39,080 nucleotides of DNA from positions 1 to 39,080 of the IMG/VR virus record IMGVR_UViG_3300048611_000146; one strand, written 5' to 3'. The notes beneath the pieces are model-generated. The model did no database searches, was not told the origin of the DNA, and saw nothing but the letters and a program-made list of their open reading frames with translations. This document shows positions 23,387 to 31,372 of this stretch, piece by piece. Positions within the stretch are counted from its first letter, which is position 1. The number at the start of each line of letters is the position of its first letter. This DNA comes from a virus. Taxonomy: Duplodnaviria > Caudoviricetes. Made by a program: the position numbers and the translations under genes.

Positions 23387-25217
23387 GGGCTGGGGCAAGG
23401 GGCTGGACTCCCATTGGGGAGACTGGCTTACCGAAGCGTCCCGCTGTTTCGACCTCGTCGCCAACAACCAGTGGTCCGCCGCTGACAAAGGCGAGATGGA
23501 GGATGACGGCAAGGTCCCGGTGACCTTCAACCGCATCGGGCCGGTGATTGACGCCGTGTGCGGGTCGGAAATCCTGTCCAGGCAGGAAGTCAGCTACAGC
23601 CCGCGCACGCTCGGGGACACCGGCGTCAATGAAATCCTCACCCGTGGCGCTGAGTGGATCAGGGACCGCTCAGACGCGAAGGGCGAGGAATCTGACGCGG
23701 TGCGGGACACCTTCATTTGCGGGCTCGGGTACACGGAAACCCGGCTTGACTATGAGGAGAACCCGAAGGGCAAGATCATCATCGAGCGCGGCCCGGCAAT
23801 GAAATGCCTGCCTGATCCGCGCGCTCGCAAGGCCAATGCGATCGACGCGCGCTATCTGCGCTATCGCAATGAGATGAGCCGGGATGAGTTCGAGGAAATG
23901 TACCCGGATGAGGCTGCGACCTATGATCCGGTAGAGGGCAAGACCACGACCTCTAATGATCCGCGTGACGACTATGACGCGGATGAAAAGCAGAAGGATG
24001 AGAACACCGTCACGGTAGACCTCTGGCAGTGGTATGAGCGCCGCCGCGTCTACATCATGAAGTCAATGGACGGGACGCGGACGGTAGAGTTTCCCGAGGA
24101 GGCGTTTCAGCAGCTCAAAGAGGCCGCCGAGGCTGAGGGCCGGCCTATGCCCCGCTACGGCACGCGCTGGAAGCGGTTCTACTTCGAGGCGATCCTCACC
24201 GGTTGCCGCTGGCTGCAGGAGCCGAAGGAGCTTCCGCACGCCAAGTTCCGGTTCAAGTTCATGACCGGCAAGCGGGACAATGAAAAGGGCGTCTGGTTTG
24301 GCCTTGTCCGCCCGATGGAGGACCCGCAGCGCTGGACGAACGAGCTTTACTCGATGGCGCTGCACATCATGCGGACCAACGCCAAGGGCGGGCTTATCAT
24401 CGAGAAGGGCGCGGCCGGCGGGAACGGTGAAAACCCGATCGCGGATCAAAAGCGGTTTGAGGAAAGCTGGGCGAAGTCCAACGCGCTCACCTGGGTTGAG
24501 GAGGGCGCGCTCAGCGGGGACCGGATTCGGCCGAAGACGCCGCCGCCTATGCCGCCCGCGCTCGCCAGCCTCTTTGAGCAGGCGGTTGTAGCGATCCGGG
24601 AGACCTCCGGCGTCAGTCAGGAAATGATGGGCCTGGTTGAGCACAACCAGCCCGGCGTCGTCGAGCACCAGCGCAAGCAGTCCGGGTTCGCGATCCTCGC
24701 GACGTTCTTCGACAGCTTCCGCCGCTACCGGCAATTCCAGGGGGAGCTGATGCTCCCGATGATGCGGGACCTTGGCCCGGAAACGCTTGTCCGCATTGTT
24801 GGTGAGGACGGCAACCCGAAATACGCTCAGCTCGCGATGGACCCGGACGTCCAGGAGTATGACGTCATCGTCTCTGACGCTCCGGCCGGCCCGAACCAGA
24901 AGGAGCGCAACTGGCAGCTGTTCATGCAAATCCTTCCGGCGGTCAAAGACATGATGACGCCTGAGGTCTGGCTTGAGGTCCTGCGCTACAGCCCGTTCCC
25001 GGAGGCCTTCGTCAACAAGCTCACGCAAATGCTGACGCAGGGCAGTGACGACCAGAAAGCGCAAGTCATGGAGCAGCTCAAAATGGGCATGCTGCAGCTT
25101 CAGGGCCAGGAAAAGCAGGCGGACATCAGGGAGAAGCACGCGCGCGCGTCGGCAACTGAAGTGAAGACGCAGCTCGCCATTGTCCGCCCGGACCCGAGCC
25201 CGCAGGTAGCAATCTGA
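23328..25217 (+). CDS. Portal protein (P22-like)
   Basis: NQW...PVTFNRIGPVIDAVCG, GLVRPMEDPQRWTN and IRETSGVSQEMMG, with a Gln-rich C-terminal helix. Follows terL. Confidence 0.88.
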   Translation: MDKQENNALGAEDETLKKLEGWGKGLDSHWGDWLTEASRCFDLVANNQWSAADKGEMEDDGKVPVTFNRIGPVIDAVCGSEILSRQEVSYSPRTLGDTGVNEILTRGAEWIRDRSDAKGEESDAVRDTFICGLGYTETRLDYEENPKGKIIIERGPAMKCLPDPRARKANAIDARYLRYRNEMSRDEFEEMYPDEAATYDPVEGKTTTSNDPRDDYDADEKQKDENTVTVDLWQWYERRRVYIMKSMDGTRTVEFPEEAFQQLKEAAEAEGRPMPRYGTRWKRFYFEAILTGCRWLQEPKELPHAKFRFKFMTGKRDNEKGVWFGLVRPMEDPQRWTNELYSMALHIMRTNAKGGLIIEKGAAGGNGENPIADQKRFEESWAKSNALTWVEEGALSGDRIRPKTPPPMPPALASLFEQAVVAIRETSGVSQEMMGLVEHNQPGVVEHQRKQSGFAILATFFDSFRRYRQFQGELMLPMMRDLGPETLVRIVGEDGNPKYAQLAMDPDVQEYDVIVSDAPAGPNQKERNWQLFMQILPAVKDMMTPEVWLEVLRYSPFPEAFVNKLTQMLTQGSDDQKAQVMEQLKMGMLQLQGQEKQADIREKHARASATEVKTQLAIVRPDPSPQVAI

Positions 25218-25262
25218 TAACGCACGCGCTGAGCGGATCAGCGCATCACTGAGGACTTAAGT

Positions 25263-26141
25263 ATGACCACGGAAAACAACGGCGCCCCCACGGACGGGGG
25301 AAACGTGCAGGACAACGGCGCCGCGCCGGTAGATACCGGAACCGGCGCACGCCCGCAGGATGCGGGCGGTGATGAGCTTGATGAAGGCGGCGGCCGTGAG
25401 CCGCTGACGGCTGAGCAGCTGCAGGAGCGGCATGACAAGCTCCGCACCGCCCTGCGCCAGGAGCGTTTTGGCCGCCGTTCTGACCGTCAGCGCTTCGATC
25501 AGCTTGAGCAGGAGCTTCAGTCCCTCAAGGGCGCGAAGGGCGGGCCTACGCAGCAGGAGCTTGATGACCTCCCGGACGAGGATGAGTTCAACAAGGACCC
25601 GGAAACGGCAATGCGCAAGCTGCTCAAGTTTGCGCGCACATTCCGCGAGCAGCAGCGAACGGAGCAGGAGAACAGCGGCAAGGAAACGGAGCGCGAGCGC
25701 TTCATCGCCCGCACTCAGGCTTTCATGGCTGAGGCGGAGGAGGACTTTAAGCAGGAAAACCCGGACTATGGGGACGCAGTGAAGCATTTCAAGCAATCGC
25801 TCCGCGAAGACCTTGAGGACCTGGGCTTCAGCGGCGATCGGTTGAAGGCGGCAATGTCGAATGAGCTGCTCAAGCTCGTCAACAATGCCAAGCAGAGCGG
25901 CCGTGATCCGGCTGAGCTTATCTACAGGCGTGCAATCAAGCGTGGCTATGTCTCGAAAAAAGGCGATGCGGAGCTTGACCGGATCGAGACCGGCCAGCGC
26001 TCAGGCCCGGACATTCCGCGCGGCGGCGTGAAGGGCAAGGGCGTCACAGTTGAGGCTCTGCTCAAGGCGGACGTCAAGTCCGGGGAGTTCGACAAGCTTT
26101 TCGCCGCCTATGAGAAGAAGATGACCGGTGGGCGGGCCTGA
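25263..26141 (+). CDS. Capsid scaffolding protein
   Basis: GAGG RBS. Acidic disordered N-terminus and charged coiled coils, located between portal and MCP. Confidence 0.75.
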   Translation: MTTENNGAPTDGGNVQDNGAAPVDTGTGARPQDAGGDELDEGGGREPLTAEQLQERHDKLRTALRQERFGRRSDRQRFDQLEQELQSLKGAKGGPTQQELDDLPDEDEFNKDPETAMRKLLKFARTFREQQRTEQENSGKETERERFIARTQAFMAEAEEDFKQENPDYGDAVKHFKQSLREDLEDLGFSGDRLKAAMSNELLKLVNNAKQSGRDPAELIYRRAIKRGYVSKKGDAELDRIETGQRSGPDIPRGGVKGKGVTVEALLKADVKSGEFDKLFAAYEKKMTGGRA

Positions 26142-26500
26142 CCTCACCGCAACGCTGTCCCGCCGCTCCTGCGTCCTCAGGCGCTCAGCGGCGGGGTTTG
26201 CGGCAGACACACAAAAGGCGCTCGGGGACGCCGCGCGGATCACGGCGGAGCCCCGCCTGCTAGGCGCCTACCTCGTTAAGTGGCCGTCCGGGCAGCGTGA
26301 GGCGTTTGCGCCCCGCCCCGGCCTCAGCCCTCAGGACTTTGCAAGTTTCATCCTGGCCCGGCGCCCAGCCTCAGCGCGCTAGCCTCACAAGTTACGTCTG
26401 ACCCCACGGAACGGGTTAAGCCTGGCTCCGGCTCTAAACCAGCACACGCCTGTCGCGGCGGTATGCGGCGCCTCAACGACTAATCCCATCATCATTCAAG
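26142..26500 (+). ncRNA. Structured scaffold-capsid intergenic RNA (long hairpin plus tandem pseudoknot-like units)
   Basis: 370-bp gap. Hairpin CCGCAA..CCCGCCGCT/AGCGGCGGG..TTGCGG at about 26147-26203, and pseudoknot-compatible units at 26395-26418 and 26447-26470. Confidence 0.4.
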
Positions 26501-26511
26501 GAAACAGCGAC

Positions 26512-27612
26512 ATGGCTACCACCGTGTTCGGCGTCAACGACGCTGAAACCAACAAGGTGTGGTCCAAAAAGCTGCAGGTTGAAGCGCTCAAGAAAACTTG
26601 GGTCAGCAAATTCATCGGCAGCACGGACAACGCCCTCATCTTCGAGCAGAAGGACCTCAAAAAGGCGAAGGGTGACAAGATCACCTACACGCTGCGCACC
26701 CAGATCAGAGGCAAGGGCGTGCAGGGTGACAATATCCTCAAAGGGTCCGAGGAAAAGCTCACCCACTACTCTGACGCCCTCTACATCGATCAGCTCCGGC
26801 ACGCCGTTGACCGCGGCGGCAACATGAGCATTCAGCGCGTCCTCATGGACCTCCGCAAAGGATGCAATGACGCTCTGTCGGACTGGTGGGCCGCCCGTTT
26901 CGACCGGTGGTTCTTCTGCGTCGGCGCCGGCTACAACGCCACTGACGAGGTCGATGAGTTCGGTGAAATCTACCAGGGCAATGACACCCGGTACACCGGC
27001 AACAACGCCGTAACGGCGCCGACCTCCGGCCGTCACTTCTGGTCGGAAGCCGGCGCGGACAAGGATGAGGACCTGGACTCGACCGGGGACACGATGACGC
27101 TCACGCTCATCGATGACCTAGTCGCGCAGGCCAAGCTTGCCTCACCGATGATCCGCCCGCTCAAGATCGACGGTGAGGACCGCTATGTCCTGTTCCTGCA
27201 TACCAAGCAGGTGCGGGACCTCCGCAAGGATGCGAGCACCGCCGGCAACTGGGTGGACATCCAAAAGGCGGCCATGCAGGGCGGCCAAGTGTCGAATAAC
27301 CCGATCTTCACCGGGGCGCTCGGCATGTATAACGGCGTCATCCTGCATGAATCCCCGCGCGTCGTCCGGGGTGTCAACTCCTCAACCCTTGCGTCTATCT
27401 CGACCGTCCGGCGCGCCATGTTCTGCGGCGCTCAGGCTCTCACGCTCGGGTTTGGCATGGGCCACGGCTTTGAGTCGTGGGTCTGGGCCGAGGAGGATGA
27501 GGACTACGGCAACCAGCTCGGCGTTGCCGCCGGTTGCATCGCCGGGATGAAGAAGTCGGTTTTCAACTCGAACGACTTCGGCGTCCTCGTTCTCAGCACC
27601 TACGCGGCATAA
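26512..27612 (+). CDS. Major capsid protein (N4-gp56/DUF4043-like)
   Basis: KVWSKKL, DLKKAKGDKITYTL, LKGSEEKL, IDQLRHAV, NPIFTGALGMYNGVILHE, EEDEDYGNQ and GMKKSVFNSNDFGV; AAGGA RBS. Confidence 0.9.
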   Translation: MATTVFGVNDAETNKVWSKKLQVEALKKTWVSKFIGSTDNALIFEQKDLKKAKGDKITYTLRTQIRGKGVQGDNILKGSEEKLTHYSDALYIDQLRHAVDRGGNMSIQRVLMDLRKGCNDALSDWWAARFDRWFFCVGAGYNATDEVDEFGEIYQGNDTRYTGNNAVTAPTSGRHFWSEAGADKDEDLDSTGDTMTLTLIDDLVAQAKLASPMIRPLKIDGEDRYVLFLHTKQVRDLRKDASTAGNWVDIQKAAMQGGQVSNNPIFTGALGMYNGVILHESPRVVRGVNSSTLASISTVRRAMFCGAQALTLGFGMGHGFESWVWAEEDEDYGNQLGVAAGCIAGMKKSVFNSNDFGVLVLSTYAA

Positions 27613-27625
27613 GGAGGACACAGCA

Positions 27626-28030
27626 ATGACTGCGACTCCCGCACTGGTCTACCATGAACGCGTCGTGCACGCGCTCACGAAGTCGGTGACCTACTCGGAC
27701 CCCGGCATCGCGGACGGCGGCCTGGTCAAATTCGATCAGGCGCTCCCGAAGAATGGCTTCATCACCCACAGCTATGTGGACGTGAAGACGGCATTCAACG
27801 CGGCGACCACGAACGTGCTCACGGTCGGGACCAACTCGACCACCACTAATGACATTGTTGCGTCCGGCGGGGTCGATGAGACCTCCGCAACGCCGCAAGT
27901 CGTCACCGGCGTCGGCGTGCTCAGCACGACGGCGGACCTTCCCGTCTATGTGAAATACACGCAGACGGGCGTTGAGGCGACGGCCGGCGCGGCTGACCTC
28001 GTCATCAACTTCGTCATCATGGGACGCTAG
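27626..28030 (+). CDS. Capsid decoration/cement protein (predicted beta jelly-roll)
   Basis: AAGGAGG RBS. 134 aa, Thr/Val/Gly-rich, ending VYVKYTQTGVEATAGAADLVINF. Directly after MCP. Confidence 0.62.
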   Translation: MTATPALVYHERVVHALTKSVTYSDPGIADGGLVKFDQALPKNGFITHSYVDVKTAFNAATTNVLTVGTNSTTTNDIVASGGVDETSATPQVVTGVGVLSTTADLPVYVKYTQTGVEATAGAADLVINFVIMGR

Positions 28031-28032
28031 CC

Positions 28033-28857
28033 ATGAAAGTGATGCTCGCGACTCCCTCTTATTCAGCCTACCCGCACTTCAATCACTCGGAGAGCGTCAG
28101 GCTGACCCTTGAGGGGTCGCGGGCTCACGGAATTGAGTGGGCGCGCGCCGGGGCTCTGGGCTGTCCAGTCCTCCCGCGCGTCCGCAATATCCTTGTTGCG
28201 CAAATGCTGGCGGATCAGCCGGACGGCCGCGCGCCGTTTGACGGCATCCTGTTTGTCGATGATGACATTGCTTTCCGTCCTGAGGACGCGGCGCGGATTG
28301 TCTCACACGGCCTGCCGGTTGTGGCCGGCGTCGGGCAGAAGCGCGCTCAGCACATGGGATCCCCGCCGGAGCTGAATGCGGTCATTGACCAAAACGCGCC
28401 AATGGACGCGCGCACGGGCGTTATCCGCAACCGGCTTGTCCCGTCCTGCTTCCTCTGGATTCACCGCAGCGTGTTCGAGCAGATGCTCAGCTGTGAGGAG
28501 CTGTACCGCTCCGGCCTTGTGCGCCGGTTCCTCTATCACACGCTCTCAGACGCCGCTCAGCGCTGGTGCGCCACCTATTTCGGCTACGGCCTCGCTCAGC
28601 CGCGTCCAGGCGGCGTTGAGGCTGATCTGGCGGAGCGCCTGCAGCGTGAGTATCCGGGCGACCCGGCGTTCGCTGAGCCGCTCGTCGACATCGGCGAGGA
28701 CTACGACTTCGCGATCAAGTGCGAGGTCGCCGGCATTCCGCTCTACATCGACAGCACCATTCGCCTTGTCCACTATGACGGCCGGGTCGCGCATGACTAC
28801 TCACTCGCCCAGGCCTTCGAGCAGGGCGTTGCAGAGACGCGGCAGGCCGCAGAATGA
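28033..28857 (+). CDS. GT-A fold (GT2-like) glycosyltransferase
   Basis: MKVMLATPSY start, PRVRNIL, DxD motif ILFVDDDIAF, FLWIHRSVFE and IGEDYDFAIKCEVAGIPLYIDSTIRLVHY. Confidence 0.82.
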   Translation: MKVMLATPSYSAYPHFNHSESVRLTLEGSRAHGIEWARAGALGCPVLPRVRNILVAQMLADQPDGRAPFDGILFVDDDIAFRPEDAARIVSHGLPVVAGVGQKRAQHMGSPPELNAVIDQNAPMDARTGVIRNRLVPSCFLWIHRSVFEQMLSCEELYRSGLVRRFLYHTLSDAAQRWCATYFGYGLAQPRPGGVEADLAERLQREYPGDPAFAEPLVDIGEDYDFAIKCEVAGIPLYIDSTIRLVHYDGRVAHDYSLAQAFEQGVAETRQAAE

Positions 28858-29474
28858 GCACATACGCAGAGCTTAAGGCGCGTGTTGCGCGTGAGATGCA
28901 CCGCGCGGACCTCACGTCTGACATCGTGACGCACATGAGGCTCGCGATTGAGCACTATGCGGCGCGGCGGACCTGGAAGAACGAGGGGACCTCTACAATC
29001 ACGCTGACGGCGGACACCGCCACCAAGGCGATTCCGTCAGGCCTGAGGAGTGATGACCGGGTTGCAGTTGTCTACCCGATCGGCGGAACAACTGACTATG
29101 AGCTTGAAAAGACCACCCGGGAGCGCATGGCGGACCTGCACGGCAGCGGCGCCTCAACCTCAGGGCCTCCGATCAGCTACAGCTGGGAGGACACCGTCTT
29201 CAAGTTCTGGCCGATCCCTGACGCGGCCTATGTCATCAACGTTGCCGGCATCTTCGATGACACCGCGCTCAGCGCGGACGCGGACACCAACAGCTGGACG
29301 ACGGTCGGGGAAAGCCTGATCGTCGCGCGCACGAAGTTCACGCTCGCCCGTGACGTGACCTACAACGCGAAGATGGAGGCCGCGGCCTTTCGCGCTGAGC
29401 GTGACGCGCGCAACAAGATTTTCAGTGAGACAAACGAGCGGGTGGCTACCGGCCGCCTCAGGCCCGGATGGTAG
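28854..29474 (+). CDS. Head-tail adaptor protein
   Basis: MSTYAELKARVAREMHRADLTSDI...GPPISYS...FWPIPDAAY...DTNSWT, at the adaptor position. Confidence 0.7.
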   Translation: MSTYAELKARVAREMHRADLTSDIVTHMRLAIEHYAARRTWKNEGTSTITLTADTATKAIPSGLRSDDRVAVVYPIGGTTDYELEKTTRERMADLHGSGASTSGPPISYSWEDTVFKFWPIPDAAYVINVAGIFDDTALSADADTNSWTTVGESLIVARTKFTLARDVTYNAKMEAAAFRAERDARNKIFSETNERVATGRLRPGW

Positions 29475-29477
29475 ACA

Positions 29478-30986
29478 ATGGCTGACGCAACCCTAGCAGC
29501 AGACACGAACGGATCGGCCAGCGCGGCGCCGCTGGCCTCAACCGACATCATCCGCATTGTCCGCTCCGGCGCGAGCTACAAGGGGACGATGGCGGACGTT
29601 GCAACCTATGTTGCGGCGGGTATGGCGGCGCTTGCGGTCAGCGGCGCGTCCTTCAACAAGGTTGTCATCACTGCGCCAGCGACTAACGCAACGCTGACTA
29701 TTGCTGAAGGCAAGACGCTGACGGCGTCCAACACGCTGACCCTTGCCGGGACGGATGGCTCGACGCTCAACGTCGGAACCGGGGGGACGCTCGGGACAGC
29801 GGCCTATGTCGCCGACAACACGCTTGCCCACCTTGCCGGGACGGAAACGTTCAGCGGGGCGAAGACATTTACCGCCAACCCTACAATCAGCAACGTCGTT
29901 CCCCTGCTTGTGATGAACGAGACCGACGCGGATACTGATGAGAAACAATGGTGGATACTAGCATCGGCGGGGCAGTGGCAGGTTCAAACAAGGACGGATG
30001 CGAGCGGGGCTGGTGTAACTGCACTGGCTTTTACCCGCACCGGCACGGCGGTTGACGAGATCGAACTCAACGCCACTCTGTTCGATCTCAACGGCGCGCT
30101 TGACCTGTCCGGGGCGGCGACGCTTACAGGCGGGTTCTCTGCTGCTGCAGCGAGTAGCGTCTCCGTTGCCGCCACGGCGCTCACGCTGACGAACACTACG
30201 AACTCGGCAGCGGTCACGGCATTAGTTATTCAAGGCGACCGCGCAACGCCGACCGACAACGACAATGTTCGCCTCGACATCCGTCTCTCTGACAGCGACG
30301 GCAACCAGGACGTCGCCTCCAGTATCCGCACCTCCCTGCTTAATGTCGCCAGCGGGGCTGAGAATGGCTATATGGAGTTTGGCGTCGTCATTGGCGGTAC
30401 GCTCGCCTATCGGGCCGTCCTCAGTACGACGTCGTGGCGTCCGGCTTCGACAGGATCGGATGTTTCGCTTGGAGATGCCGGCGCGCAGTGGGCTGACCTC
30501 TTCCTCGCCAGCGGCGGGGTGATCAACTTAAACAATGGCGACGTCACCATCACGCATTCGGCCAATGCGCTGACCTTCGCGGGAGCGAGCAGCGGCTATT
30601 CATTCGATGGCGGAATAACGATCGGCTCGCCAACCGGCGGTAACAAGGGCGCCGGCACGCTCAACGCCGTTGCTGTCTATGACGACAACAATCTCCTCAC
30701 TGACCTTGTGCTTGACCTGGCCGTGGCTGGAAGTTTCGACCATGAGACCTACAAGACTCACCCGATAGCGGCTGAGGTCCGGTCATGGTGGTTCGATCCG
30801 GCCGCTTACGCAGAGTTCTGGTACGCTGAGCGTCACCTCCCCGGCATGAAGTCCTGGCGCGATGAGGCGTCCCGGCCTTCAACCGGTGAGGTCATCACAC
30901 GCCTGACGGCCGTTGCTGAGACGCAGGCCGTCCACATTTTCAACCATGAGCAGCGCATTGCGCACCTTGAAAAGCTCGCAGCCTGA
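29478..30986 (+). CDS. Tail fiber/spike with C-terminal intramolecular-chaperone-like domain
   Basis: Thr/Gly/Ala-rich beta repeats, GSPTGGNKGAGTLNA, then HLPGM...LTAVAETQAVHIFNHEQRIAHLEK coiled-coil end (S74-like). Confidence 0.75.
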   Translation: MADATLAADTNGSASAAPLASTDIIRIVRSGASYKGTMADVATYVAAGMAALAVSGASFNKVVITAPATNATLTIAEGKTLTASNTLTLAGTDGSTLNVGTGGTLGTAAYVADNTLAHLAGTETFSGAKTFTANPTISNVVPLLVMNETDADTDEKQWWILASAGQWQVQTRTDASGAGVTALAFTRTGTAVDEIELNATLFDLNGALDLSGAATLTGGFSAAAASSVSVAATALTLTNTTNSAAVTALVIQGDRATPTDNDNVRLDIRLSDSDGNQDVASSIRTSLLNVASGAENGYMEFGVVIGGTLAYRAVLSTTSWRPASTGSDVSLGDAGAQWADLFLASGGVINLNNGDVTITHSANALTFAGASSGYSFDGGITIGSPTGGNKGAGTLNAVAVYDDNNLLTDLVLDLAVAGSFDHETYKTHPIAAEVRSWWFDPAAYAEFWYAERHLPGMKSWRDEASRPSTGEVITRLTAVAETQAVHIFNHEQRIAHLEKLAA

Positions 30987-30996
30987 AGGAGCTGAC

Positions 30997-31371
30997 ATGC
31001 CTACCATCGACCCGAAAACTGTTCTCCTCGACTACAAGGGCAAGCCGCTCATGCGGCGGGAGGCGGAGGATAGCGAGCCGGATCCGCTGACCTTCGCGGC
31101 GGCGGTGCAGGCCGCCATGTCCATGCCGCTTCAGACCGACCAAGGCATCGAGTACAAGCAAAAATGGCTGATGCACAAACTCGCGGAGCGCTGTGAGCGT
31201 GAGAGTGCAAGCTTCAACGCCAAGGAAACGGTCATGATCCTTGAGCGGGTGAGCAAGGTCTTCGGCGCGACCGTCTTCGGCCGGGTCAAGGAAATGATCG
31301 AGCCGGAGGAGGATGAGCAGCCGCAGGCGACGGTGCGCACAAACGGCGACGGCGCGCACGCGCCTGCCTGA
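30997..31371 (+). CDS. Hypothetical protein, possible tail assembly chaperone
   Basis: AAGGAG RBS; MPTIDPKTVLLDYKGKPL; follows the fiber gene. Confidence 0.65.
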   Translation: MPTIDPKTVLLDYKGKPLMRREAEDSEPDPLTFAAAVQAAMSMPLQTDQGIEYKQKWLMHKLAERCERESASFNAKETVMILERVSKVFGATVFGRVKEMIEPEEDEQPQATVRTNGDGAHAPA

Positions 31372-31372
31372 C

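Noticed and set aside
24063-25139. Long reverse-strand ORFs (e.g. 358 aa opposite portal, 351 aa at 4644-5699, 280 aa at 5522-6364, 271 aa at 15253-16068)
   Set aside because: They are shadow frames of well-supported plus-strand genes in GC-rich DNA and show no recognisable motifs.
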